Position numbers and translations under genes: made by a program. This document shows, one piece after another, positions 11,008 to 20,087 of a DNA stretch of 64,000 bases (its first letter is position 1; each line of letters opens with the position of its first letter). The DNA is from Cyanobacteria bacterium P01_F01_bin.150 (GTDB taxonomy: Bacteria > Cyanobacteriota > Cyanobacteriia > CAKZMO01). Location: contig JBCCYL010000019.1 in assembly GCA_039189765.1 (NCBI GenBank), positions 22,038 to 86,037 on the forward strand, given 5' to 3'. A model generated the notes under the pieces. It was not told the DNA's origin. It searched no databases and was given only the letters and a program-made list of their open reading frames with translations.

Positions 11008-14000
11008 TTAAGGTGTACTTTGAGAAAGCGGAGCTACAGTTCCTAAATCTGTCAGGAACTGCAAAGCTTTTGCCGTATATTGAGCACAAGTCCGGGGAGA
11101 CATTTCATAGAACGCTTGCCACGCATTAGCTTTTTCCTCATGGTATCTGTGATCGTGGCCGGTATGCCGATCCAGCCACGATAAACGAACCGCGTGGCCA
11201 ACAAGGACATCAAAAACGATGTTATCGTCTAGATGCAAATCTGGATTTTGCTTGACCAAAGCCGCAACCTCGGCCAAAGCTTCTACGGTAAGCTGACGAT
11301 ATTCAGGCGCTTGAATTTTATTCAACAAGTGCTCTACCCTTAGGGCAAAATCTTTCTCCTCAGGAGTTGTATCAGACAGCATCAGTTGGCTATCCAATCG
11401 GTTTCGTCGTTCCAATTTATCTCCAATCACCACCCCTTTGCAGTGATGTAAAAGTTGCCAAACGTTGGGGTAAAAATCTTTAGGCACCATATTTAACGCG
11501 CCGTCTCGCTGACGTTGCTTGCGCCAGCTCCCACCAACAGGCTCCAGTTCCTCGTCAGTCTTCGCAGCAATGGACTCAGGCAGAATCTGCCATTGGATTC
11601 CCACTGGTTGATCCCCCTGGTTGCGCAGATGCAAAGACTCACGCTTAAAGAGGGTTTGATTAAATCCTCCATAACCTTCTAGCACTTGCAGGAGGCGAGA
11701 TTTAACATCAAAAGGGCTAAGCCGCATTAGCGTCTCGTAAGCTTCATCTTGGGACAACTCTTGCTCTTCAGCGATCGCACTGGTAATCAACAAAATCAGA
11801 TAGCCCACCCGCAGCGTTAGGAGTCCATCAAACAATGCTGGATTTGTTTTAATCAGAACGCTGAGGTAAATTAACAGCTCTTGAGTGAGGGGGCGATCGC
11901 GCACATCCTCTCCACAAAATTCTTTGATTTTTTCCATCACCACTTCATGGGATGTGGGTTCAGTAATGAGCGATGCTTGAGAATAGGATTTACCCACTGA
12001 AATTTGCTTTTGTCGGATGACAATATCGGTCACCGCATCAGACAGGGCAATATCCACTTTTTCTAAAACCCCCGCAGCCCGGCGAATAATCGCCCAGAGT
12101 TCCCATTGGGCGGCCTGCTCATAGACTTCATTCAGTAGTGTCCGGAGCGTTACCATCGAATGGGGACCGTTAAGTTTGGTATCAAAGCTCAAACCCTTCA
12201 GGCGGACCAAATTTTCAAGCACCTCAATATGTTCGTAGAGGTTAGTGGACTGACGTAGGATTCGAATCAGCTGCATTTCATCTGTTTCACGTTCCAGAAA
12301 AAATTCCTGATGTTGGCTGAGGGGAACAGAGCGGCTGCGATCGCAGTGCAAATAGATCCTCCTTCGAGACGCCTGCGGCATTGCCTCCGATGCCAACTGC
12401 ACGTCATCGGCCAAGGCAATGCGCTCTGTTTTCGCCGTTAAGACAAGTTGATGCAGCGCTCCCAATCGTACAGGCGTTCCCTCACAGTCACCATCCCGTA
12501 GCTGCTTCATCAAGCCCAGCACCGGAGAATCCTCTATCTTTTCCGCATGGCCCATTTCAAACATCCCCTGGGTCAACAGTAGAGTGACGGTGGGACGTCC
12601 CAAGCTGTGCCAATGACGGTAAATATAGGCTAGTTCTCCTTTAATCTGAGCCACTAAGAAGTGATAATCTAAGGTCAGATAAAACTGTTGAGCATCCAAA
12701 AATGCGGGTAAAAAAACCACCCGTTCCCCTCGAATTTGAAAAAAACGAGATGTGGTCAAACTACGCAGTCGTCGCTCTGGTCGCCCTGTCAGTTTCAATG
12801 CATGATTTTCGCCAATCTTGGTGTAAAGCGCTGACAGTTTATTAGCAGAACGGATTTGAACGGATTCCAACTGTTGTGGAGTTTGAGTCGCAATGCCGTA
12901 GCAAGCCAACTCGGCCTGTAGGTCTTCGTTTTCCGCCAGAAGTGCAACTTGCACAATAGGACGACGACGCTGGCCCAAGCGCTGATGCTGGCCCAGCGGA
13001 TCAATATCACCGATAGAAATTAGTTCATCCTGGAGCATCCGACCCAATAAATACAAGCTTTGGGCCCAGACCAGCGGCACGTTCTCATTCGGTAAGCGCG
13101 CCTGGCTCGAAGGGTCCTCACGCTCTGCATCAATACACTGCTTCGGAACGTAGTAAAGTTCGGGCAACAGCCCAAACTCCCCGTCTTTCACCAATAGATG
13201 GTCTAAGCGAGTTCGATAGGATTGTGCCGCAGCGCGATCGCCCCTAAAAATGGCATCCAATAACAGGTACGTAAAAAATAGAGGCCATTCACACTCAATA
13301 TGCTCAAACTGCTGTAGCTCACCAGGCTCATAATGCAAACGACTAATATCTTCAATTACCGTTTGGTGACCATCTCGCAAAAATCGTTTACATCCATAGC
13401 GCCCCTGCAGCTTGGTGATAATTTTTTCTCGGGTTTTCTCCGCCACTGTTGGATCGTCTACAGCAAACGCTGGAAAGCCAATAATGCTTAATAGTGCCCC
13501 ATCCACCTCTTTAGACCCCGACTCCCGAGGCAGAAGGGATTCAAGTGTAATTCTGGCCCGAGCAATTTCGTCCGGCAGCACATAGATAACTGAAGCAGGC
13601 CCACCTCGCATCCCAAATAAATTTAGGCCACTCATCGCTTCCAATGCCGCCTTCGCCATTCCTACAGAGCTGGCATTCAGTTCTGGCTTGCCGTGGTTGG
13701 TCTTATTGCCTCGTTCCCAGATACCATAGTCGGGAGTTCGATAGGTGCGCCCAATGTAGTACACCAGATTCTGAACAAAATCCACTTCATCCAAGGTTTG
13801 GATAATGGCCAACCCAGACGTCGTCATTTGGGCCAGCATCAGTAGAAAAAGAGACGTAGCATCCAACTGTAAGTGGCCCCACTCCGCATCCCCTACCACT
13901 GGTTCGCCCGTTTGAGAATGATATTTGGCATGGAGGGCGTCCAGAGGGGCTTGAGTCTCCTTAAATTGCTCAACTTTAGACGCTTGCCGCATCATGGCCA

Positions 14001-14364
14001 CCAACAAACCTCGCATCAGCTTAATTACGCTATGCTCCAGCTCGTAGGCTCGTCCCCGATTGCCTTCATCTACTTTGCGATAGGCTAATGCCAAGCCCCA
14101 CACTGCTAAAATGCTGTACACGTTATCTCTCACCCAGGCATCCGTGTAGTCCCCATGCACTGTAATAGCCGTACTGGCTGGTAGTAGTCCTACAATTGGC
14201 GTTTGACGGGACAGAATAAGATGCCTTACTTCTTGATAATAGGCATCCAGGATTGTCTCTGTATCTCCGCTTTGACTTAAGCGATCAGTGTGAAGAGGAT
14301 TTAGAACTGTACTGCTTGCCGTAGGTTTCTTAGAAGTTGGCACTGGGTCAGAGGAGTGGGTCAT
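11008..14364 (-). CDS. Glycoside hydrolase family 15 / phosphorylase-kinase alpha/beta-like protein
   Basis: DAWVRDNVY, WGHLQLDA, PDYGIWERG, GRYGCKRFLRDG, ECEWPLF and PLVWAQSLY motifs. Start uncertain (14364 ATG or 14403 TTG). Confidence 0.88.
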   Translation of the reverse strand: MTHSSDPVPTSKKPTASSTVLNPLHTDRLSQSGDTETILDAYYQEVRHLILSRQTPIVGLLPASTAITVHGDYTDAWVRDNVYSILAVWGLALAYRKVDEGNRGRAYELEHSVIKLMRGLLVAMMRQASKVEQFKETQAPLDALHAKYHSQTGEPVVGDAEWGHLQLDATSLFLLMLAQMTTSGLAIIQTLDEVDFVQNLVYYIGRTYRTPDYGIWERGNKTNHGKPELNASSVGMAKAALEAMSGLNLFGMRGGPASVIYVLPDEIARARITLESLLPRESGSKEVDGALLSIIGFPAFAVDDPTVAEKTREKIITKLQGRYGCKRFLRDGHQTVIEDISRLHYEPGELQQFEHIECEWPLFFTYLLLDAIFRGDRAAAQSYRTRLDHLLVKDGEFGLLPELYYVPKQCIDAEREDPSSQARLPNENVPLVWAQSLYLLGRMLQDELISIGDIDPLGQHQRLGQRRRPIVQVALLAENEDLQAELACYGIATQTPQQLESVQIRSANKLSALYTKIGENHALKLTGRPERRLRSLTTSRFFQIRGERVVFLPAFLDAQQFYLTLDYHFLVAQIKGELAYIYRHWHSLGRPTVTLLLTQGMFEMGHAEKIEDSPVLGLMKQLRDGDCEGTPVRLGALHQLVLTAKTERIALADDVQLASEAMPQASRRRIYLHCDRSRSVPLSQHQEFFLERETDEMQLIRILRQSTNLYEHIEVLENLVRLKGLSFDTKLNGPHSMVTLRTLLNEVYEQAAQWELWAIIRRAAGVLEKVDIALSDAVTDIVIRQKQISVGKSYSQASLITEPTSHEVVMEKIKEFCGEDVRDRPLTQELLIYLSVLIKTNPALFDGLLTLRVGYLILLITSAIAEEQELSQDEAYETLMRLSPFDVKSRLLQVLEGYGGFNQTLFKRESLHLRNQGDQPVGIQWQILPESIAAKTDEELEPVGGSWRKQRQRDGALNMVPKDFYPNVWQLLHHCKGVVIGDKLERRNRLDSQLMLSDTTPEEKDFALRVEHLLNKIQAPEYRQLTVEALAEVAALVKQNPDLHLDDNIVFDVLVGHAVRLSWLDRHTGHDHRYHEEKANAWQAFYEMSPRTCAQYTAKALQFLTDLGTVAPLSQSTP

Positions 14365-14460
14365 AGCATCATGATTGACAACTGATGAGGGCTGCACCTG
14401 CAAGCCCTGACCTATAGTAACCTGTCATGAAAACGGTCTCGTATTCCAAAGAGGCCAATT

Positions 14461-14584
14461 GGGTATCCACTTTAGGCGGCTGGAGTGGGTGCGTCGCGCC
14501 TACACCACTGTTAATTCTGTTTCGCATTAAAACGAAACCCTCTCAATTTTATGCGAGTGAGTGTTTCGCATTAAAACGAAACCC
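14461..14584 (+). repeat. ~80-bp dispersed element (family A) plus a duplicated 3' hairpin
   Basis: Full copy at 14461-14540; the 23-mer TGTTTCGCATTAAAACGAAACCC occurs at 14518-14540 and again at 14562-14584. Confidence 0.8.
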
Positions 14585-14659
14585 GGTATCCTGTTGAGGA
14601 AAGAACGTCCTTAGAAATGTTTATTTATCGTGTCTCATAACAAATAATTGGGTTTAGTA

Positions 14660-15427
14660 ATGGTTCAGATGAAGGATCAATCAGCAGGTGTTTCTCTTAT
14701 CCAGCCTCCACAACCCACACATGCGGTGCTGGGATTACCATTGCATATTTTGGGCAACTATACCCAATGGCTATCGGACTGCATTACCCAGAAACTAGGA
14801 GTACATGTCGTCACCCTAAATGCAGAAATGGCAATGCAAGCAGATCAAGAGAGGGCTTTAGCTGATGTCATTCACAAAGCAGAAATGGTGGTGCCAGACG
14901 GAGCAGGCGTTGTCCTTTACCAGCGTTTGCGCGGACACAAAATTCAGCGATGTCCTGGAATTGAGCTGGCAGAGTCAGTGATTCGTGCCAGCAGCACAAT
15001 AGGTGCGTCAACACCTCTGTTCTTCTTTGGTGGTGCACCAGGCATTGCAGAAGCGGCGGCGGCAAAATGGCGTAAGGAACTACCTGCAATAGCGATCGCG
15101 GGCATCCAACATGGTTTTATTTCTGACGATGAAGAAGCATTGTTTTGTCAACAATTGCAAGACGCTAATCCAGCAGTCATTCTGGTAGGGCTAGGCGTCC
15201 CTCGCCAGGAATTCTGGATTGCTAAACATCGATATCTGTGCCCAAATGCAGTCTGGATGGGAGTAGGGGGCAGTTTTGATGTATGGGCCGGAACCAAAAA
15301 TCGCGCCCCTAAGTTTTTACGAGAGAACTCTTTGGAGTGGACCTACCGACTGTACAAGGAGCCTTGGCGCTGGCGACGGATGTTGGCCTTACCCAAATTT
15401 GTGTGGCGAGCAATCTGGGAACGCTAA
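14660..15427 (+). CDS. WecB/TagA/CpsF family glycosyltransferase
   Basis: VVTLNAE, PDGAGVV, GLGVPRQE, GVGGSFDV and RAP...LEWTYRL motifs; start uncertain (14648/14660/14669). Confidence 0.92.
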   Translation: MVQMKDQSAGVSLIQPPQPTHAVLGLPLHILGNYTQWLSDCITQKLGVHVVTLNAEMAMQADQERALADVIHKAEMVVPDGAGVVLYQRLRGHKIQRCPGIELAESVIRASSTIGASTPLFFFGGAPGIAEAAAAKWRKELPAIAIAGIQHGFISDDEEALFCQQLQDANPAVILVGLGVPRQEFWIAKHRYLCPNAVWMGVGGSFDVWAGTKNRAPKFLRENSLEWTYRLYKEPWRWRRMLALPKFVWRAIWER

Positions 15428-15460
15428 GGGACTTGCGAGAAAATAACATACCAATTTCGC

Positions 15461-15539
15461 GTAGGATGGGCAATACGAACGGGGGCAAATCAGCTAAACA
15501 TTTCTATGGGCACGTCCTATTGTCCTTTGCCCATCCTAC
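15461..15539. repeat. GTAG-type REP inverted pair
   Basis: GTAGGATGGGCAA (15461-15473) and TTGCCCATCCTAC (15527-15539) form a perfect 13-bp IR between convergent genes. Confidence 0.7.
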
Positions 15540-15551
15540 TTTCCTAGCTAA

Positions 15552-16193
15552 TTAAAGCGGCTTGACTTTGACCCTTTGCACTAAAGCACCTTCATGCCAG
15601 TATCCAGGATTGCTGACTCTGACCAAATCGCCAGGGTTGGCCTGTCCTTCCAAAAGCTGATGTTGTTTAGGATCATAGGGCAATTCAGCTCCAACAGAAG
15701 CAATGACTTCCACTCCCCACTGCTTTAACAGCAGCTCCACCGGGCGAACCAGAGGGATAAGACGAGTCGCTGGCAAATTAGCATTGGATTGAGCAGCATG
15801 GGTAGCCGCAGGCCAGTAGGTCATCCACGATTCCAGAACCTGTAAGCTAGTTCGCTGAAAGCTATGCTTGAGGCTAGCCTCTTGACTTTCTAGCTGGTCT
15901 TTGAGCCGCTTATATTCCAATTGAAGATTGGTTTGTTGCGGAGGCAATGCCTTTTTAGCTTCGTTAGCCTCAACGAGGGACATTCCTGAACACTTATCAG
16001 TCAAGGTTTCAACCGAAATATTAAGCGCCTTGCTAATGCGTAGAAGTGTGCCTAATCGAAGTTGAAGAATACGACCTTGGCGAATTTGATGAATATACCA
16101 GGAAGAAACGTTGGCTTGTTGTGCCAGCACGTGAAAGCTAGGGATGTTGGCCTGTGCCATGAGCGATCGCAGTTCTTGAGTGTAATTCGCCAT
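15552..16193 (-). CDS. XRE-type HTH protein with a C-terminal GrpE-like domain
   Basis: N-terminal HTH (LAQQANVS...TLLRISKALNISVETL), then a coiled coil and GrpE-like VGAELPYDPKQHQL...V..PGY.....LVQRVKV. Confidence 0.7.
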   Translation of the reverse strand: MANYTQELRSLMAQANIPSFHVLAQQANVSSWYIHQIRQGRILQLRLGTLLRISKALNISVETLTDKCSGMSLVEANEAKKALPPQQTNLQLEYKRLKDQLESQEASLKHSFQRTSLQVLESWMTYWPAATHAAQSNANLPATRLIPLVRPVELLLKQWGVEVIASVGAELPYDPKQHQLLEGQANPGDLVRVSNPGYWHEGALVQRVKVKPL

Positions 16194-16224
16194 GACAACC
16201 TATGAGTCCTCCAATCCAGATTTA

Positions 16225-16263
16225 CTGTGACAATTCCCTATGACAATGCTCTGTGACAATTAA
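16225..16263. promoter_or_regulatory. Three 13-bp tandem repeats (CTRTGACAAT core); candidate operator
   Basis: CTGTGACAATTCC / CTATGACAATGCT / CTGTGACAATTAA at 16225, 16238 and 16251, just upstream of the HTH-GrpE gene. Confidence 0.45.
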
Positions 16264-16353
16264 CCATGGCAGTGGCAGCACTAAACGCATAGAATGATGC
16301 CTGGCCCGCAGCCACCCATTCATCATAAACTGTCAGATACCCAATGGGCGGGC

Positions 16354-16614
16354 CTATGCCAAATGCATTTTAAGAACCGCTTTGGGCGCACGACGGATGC
16401 GGCAGCGGATCGTTTCATGCCCCAGTCGGCTGCAGGCTTCATAACGATGACATCCTGAAAAGCCATAAAATCGGCCTTCTACTTCCAAAACATCAATCGG
16501 TTCCTGAAGTCCAATGTCCTGAATCGAAGCCATTAACTGTTTGACCTTATCAGGATTATTCTGACGGTACAAAGGCCGGTGAATAGAGTTTAGGGGAAGA
16601 TTTTCAATTCTCAT
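16354..16614 (-). CDS. srxA: Sulfiredoxin
   Basis: 86-aa ParB/Srx fold with the catalytic YGFSGCHR motif. Confidence 0.92.
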   Translation of the reverse strand: MRIENLPLNSIHRPLYRQNNPDKVKQLMASIQDIGLQEPIDVLEVEGRFYGFSGCHRYEACSRLGHETIRCRIRRAPKAVLKMHLA

Positions 16615-16651
16615 TAGATTTATTCAAACGATCGTTACAGATGGACTTAAA

Positions 16652-16730
16652 AGCGATCAACTTTAGGCAGGCAGCGTAGGCACGTCGTGCCCATCTTACC
16701 GTTACTTTATTTCACCTTAAAACGAAATCT
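16652..16730 (+). repeat. ~80-bp dispersed element (family A)
   Basis: GCGATCAACTTTAGG...GGCACGTCGTGCC...TATTTCACCTTAAAACGAAATCT. Confidence 0.7.
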
Positions 16731-16855
16731 GACTGTCAAATCTAAAGCGGCATATTAGTCGTGAAGACCAACATACCGCGAATTACAGCCTAAATTAAAA
16801 AGAGAGAGAAGGGGAAACGAGTCTCGAACGATGCGCTGTTTGTTTTAGAAGGGAA

Positions 16856-17035
16856 AAACGAACTGTGTACTTTGAGCTGACAAGAAAATTAGCTAACCAA
16901 TGTCCTAGGAAAAATGCCTTAGGCAAGAAAGGAGGCTCTTCTATCAGATAAATCAGGAACTTCAGCACGACTGGCAGAAATCGATAATCAGGAACTTCAG
17001 CACGACTGGCAGAAGGAGTGTTGCACAGTTCCCGT
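16856..17035 (-). ncRNA. ssrS: Probable 6S RNA (SsrS/SsaA) with an internal duplication
   Basis: ~180-nt non-coding stretch whose ends pair (GAACTGTG/CACAGTTC), with further internal complementarity (GCTGA/TTAGC, TCCT/AGGA) consistent with a rod fold. Identity rests on recalled resemblance to cyanobacterial 6S; not checked against Rfam. Confidence 0.55.
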
Positions 17036-17141
17036 TAGCCTGGTTCATGGTCTATCCTCTAAATTATTTGCAGTAACTTTGAGGTCAACCATCAACCGGG
17101 CTAGGGGAAACTTTAGGGAAAGAATCGACGTGGAGAGAATC

Positions 17142-18362
17142 TTAGCTATCTGCTGCTGCTCCCTCATCTTTAATGCAGTTCAACATCCGAAGCGTTGCAG
17201 CTGCCGCATAGTTGCGCTTAGTGTTGCTATCGGGATAGAAGTTTCTACCCGTCTCATTGAGAGGAGACGCAACACCGCAGTAGGAGGACATTTGGTCAAT
17301 CACAGGAGACGCCCAGTGAGTCGAAGTGTCAGCGAAATCAAACGCGTCTTGCTTGGGCCATAGGGTCTGATCCAACTGCTTGAGAGACTTACCATATTCA
17401 GACGCACGACGCAGAATTGCCATCAATTCAGCACGAGTTACAACCTGACCGGGGCGGAAAGAGCCATCTTGGTAGCCGCTAACGATGTTGTTATCTTTAG
17501 CAAACTGAATCTTGGCTGCGCTCCAGCGAGATGTACTTACGTCGGGGTAGGGGTTGCCACTAACTTGCGTAGGAACGTTCAGGTCAACGTCAGGAAGCTT
17601 ATCCAAAGACTCTAGAACCATGGAAACAATTTGCTCACGAGTCAGGGACTGCTGGGGCCGGAAGGTATTATCCTCGAAGAACCCTGCAACAAAGCCCAAG
17701 TCAACCGCATCCTGGATTTCCTTAGCGTATACATCACCTTGAATATCAGGGAAGCTGTAAGCAATCTGATTATCGCCATTGCCCGCATCAGGGTCGATGA
17801 TGATGGGAGCATCACTATCGTAGGTGAGATAGACATGGCCCAATACTTGATCGTTGTAAGTACGCTTCGTAAATTTCCAACCGGGTTCTAGATTTAACTT
17901 GGCAAATCCATCCGTTGTGCCGTTGGCCCTAGCAATTTCTAATTCCTCAGCATTGCGGTTGTCCGGTGCACCAATTAAAACTAAATCATCCTCACGCTCT
18001 ACCACCCTTAGGCTATAGTTAAGCGCTAAATCCTGGCCATCAACGCGAATCGAATAACCATTGCTGTCGGTGCTGCGTCCGCAAATTCCGGTAAAGTCAA
18101 AGTTGACGAGTAGAGGGTCAATAATAGTAGGCGCGGCACCGACTTCATCCCAGCACTGACGAGTATTGGAGACTTGCTCAACGACCAACAGTTGATGAGC
18201 GGATTCGCCTCGGGGAGCAGCGATCGCAATAAAGCTATCTTGATTGACTTCAGATTGGCCAAATGTAGCACTACTTACAGTTTCCATTGTTCCAAAGGCA
18301 CCCAAGGTAGCAGCGGCGATAGTAGCGACAGCAGCAAGTTGACGACGGATAGAAAAAGTCAT
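17142..18362 (-). CDS. Secreted DUF3747-like protein with S-layer homology domains
   Basis: Signal peptide; DPLLVNFDFTGICGRSTDSNGYSIR; SLH motifs FRPQQSLTREQ, GYQDGSFRPGQVVTRAE and FYPDSNTKR. Confidence 0.85.
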   Translation of the reverse strand: MTFSIRRQLAAVATIAAATLGAFGTMETVSSATFGQSEVNQDSFIAIAAPRGESAHQLLVVEQVSNTRQCWDEVGAAPTIIDPLLVNFDFTGICGRSTDSNGYSIRVDGQDLALNYSLRVVEREDDLVLIGAPDNRNAEELEIARANGTTDGFAKLNLEPGWKFTKRTYNDQVLGHVYLTYDSDAPIIIDPDAGNGDNQIAYSFPDIQGDVYAKEIQDAVDLGFVAGFFEDNTFRPQQSLTREQIVSMVLESLDKLPDVDLNVPTQVSGNPYPDVSTSRWSAAKIQFAKDNNIVSGYQDGSFRPGQVVTRAELMAILRRASEYGKSLKQLDQTLWPKQDAFDFADTSTHWASPVIDQMSSYCGVASPLNETGRNFYPDSNTKRNYAAAATLRMLNCIKDEGAAADS

Positions 18363-18908
18363 TGTTGTTGTTCCTTAATGTGTGAAAGTTGGCAGATGTA
18401 AATTTGGAAAAAGAAGGAATTCGTTGCATGCTAGTGGCCATTAGAGTGGAAAGCTTGGCTTATAGAGTGTTGCCAATGGCGTTGCTCGTAAAGCGTTGCT
18501 CTTTAGTTGGGCTTAGCGTTGTGCGTTCGTGTCCTTCGCTATGACCCTAGTATTAGGCAACTGCCAAGTCTAGTTGGGAGCGATCGTTTTACTTCGTTGA
18601 TTGTCCTGCTTGTTTTTTCAATTTAGGGAAATATATGGGGAACCTAAAAGTTCCCTCAAGAGTAGACCCAATCAAGGAAATAGCTATTTATTTTGAGAAT
18701 GACTTAATGCGTTGACGTTGACCGATCTGGTAACTGTCTACAGAATTGGCACATTTACCATACGCCACTGTCCATCAAACTGGCACATCAAACGATGACT
18801 TGAAAAATAGGCCGTAAAATAGTGGGTGGCACTTGAGGCACGAGGGTCGATAAATCAGATCAATTCCTGTTGAAAGGGGTGAGGCTAGTCATAAACAGCA
18901 TTAGCGGG

Positions 18909-19175
18909 ATGGATAACATGAATAAACTCACCGGGCAGATAGCAATGGTTAGAGCAGTTCCGGGCAATCCGAACAGCAATGCAGAACCGTGGATTAAGGT
19001 TGAGGGTCAAGAATGGCAGCATTATAAAGAGAGTACTGTCTGGCAGGCACTCCCAGCCTTAGAATATGTCCCCAAAAATTCCAGCCCAGGGATGGAAGCA
19101 TTTCTAAGACTGACCCGTGCAGGATTTACGGTGGTAAAAGGCGCATTTTTAACCGCGCAAGATTTGCCTCAATAA
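18909..19175 (+). CDS. Hypothetical protein
   Basis: Only sizeable ORF in the gap; no recognised motif; start uncertain. Confidence 0.5.
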   Translation: MDNMNKLTGQIAMVRAVPGNPNSNAEPWIKVEGQEWQHYKESTVWQALPALEYVPKNSSPGMEAFLRLTRAGFTVVKGAFLTAQDLPQ

Positions 19176-19221
19176 TCAGACCGGCAAACTACTGCCAGCT
19201 CCGGGGCTTGCATCTAGAACG

Positions 19222-19851
19222 CTAGACCAATCCCCTCAACACTCCGACATAAATACCTTGGATATCGACCCTTGTCGCCGCCACAGCCGTGGGATTGTAC
19301 TGGGGATTAGCAGGCTTGAGGGTCACAACCTCACCATCAATGTGGTAATACTTTAGCGTCGTTTTACTCTCGACCCGAGCCGCCACAATAGTGCCATTTT
19401 TAATTCGCTTAACATCATCCGGCAGGGTCAAGATCACCACATCTTGATTTGCAATCATTGCGCCAATCATGCTGTCCCCGATGACGCGCAAAGCAAAAAA
19501 CTTGGAAATATCGTGGGTAGACCATTTAGAGTGACGCAGAAGCTTGGATAAATCAAAGGTCTCCTCAACCGCCTCATCAGGAAATACTTCCATTAAGCTC
19601 TGTGCAGAAATAAAGCCCTTAATAGATGTCACGTTAGATGGCTGCAAAATTTGAAACGATCTCGCCCGACGCGGGGTCCAAGCCAGCCATCCTCGATCCT
19701 TTAAGGTATTAAGATGGTGCTGTACAGGCGAAGTCGATCGATACCCCATGGCATCTCTAACCTCTCGTACGGAGGGGGAGTATTCGTGCTGATTGATAAA
19801 TGCTTCAATCCAGGCAAAAATTTTCTCGGGAGACGTGCGAGCTTTAGACAT
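19222..19851 (-). CDS. lexA: LexA-like repressor (S24 family)
   Basis: N-terminal wHTH (YSPSVREVRDAMGYRSTSPVQHHL), catalytic GDSM and TTLK; the cleavage-site region reads ISAQ rather than IAAG. Confidence 0.85.
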   Translation of the reverse strand: MSKARTSPEKIFAWIEAFINQHEYSPSVREVRDAMGYRSTSPVQHHLNTLKDRGWLAWTPRRARSFQILQPSNVTSIKGFISAQSLMEVFPDEAVEETFDLSKLLRHSKWSTHDISKFFALRVIGDSMIGAMIANQDVVILTLPDDVKRIKNGTIVAARVESKTTLKYYHIDGEVVTLKPANPQYNPTAVAATRVDIQGIYVGVLRGLV

Positions 19852-19911
19852 GGGGACAATCCCTAGATGGCAATTCTATTGTACTATGCCCTGAAGCCAA
19901 TTCAAAGCTTC

Positions 19912-19992
19912 GTGTTTTGCTTTCAATCGAAACACAATTATTGGATAGTGGGGACGATTCATGCCCCCATTACCGCACTAAAATTGATACCC
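19912..19992 (-). repeat. ~80-bp dispersed element (family A)
   Basis: Reverse complement: GGGTATCAATTTTAG...GGGGCATGAATCGTCCCC...GTTTCGATTGAAAGCAAAAC. Confidence 0.75.
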
Positions 19993-20087
19993 TGAGCTCC
20001 CAAATGCATAACGCTTTCATAACGTTTTAGATTAGAGAATTTGACTGAACGTTCCATGATTATTGGCCACCGACTGAATCGTTTTAC

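Noticed and set aside
10817..11129. ORFs 10817-11089(-) and 10905-11129(+)
   Set aside because: Shadow frames of rpsU and the GH15-like gene.
16951..17014. 29-bp direct repeat as a mini-CRISPR
   Set aside because: Only two copies, a 6-bp spacer, and no cas genes in the window.
18747..18841. Repeated TGGCAC resembling sigma54 -24 boxes
   Set aside because: No TTGC -12 element at the right spacing, and cyanobacteria are not known to have sigma54.
19872..19885. Possible LexA box upstream of lexA (AGTACAATAGAATT on the minus strand)
   Set aside because: Only one half-site fits the cyanobacterial RGTAC-N3-DGTWCB consensus.
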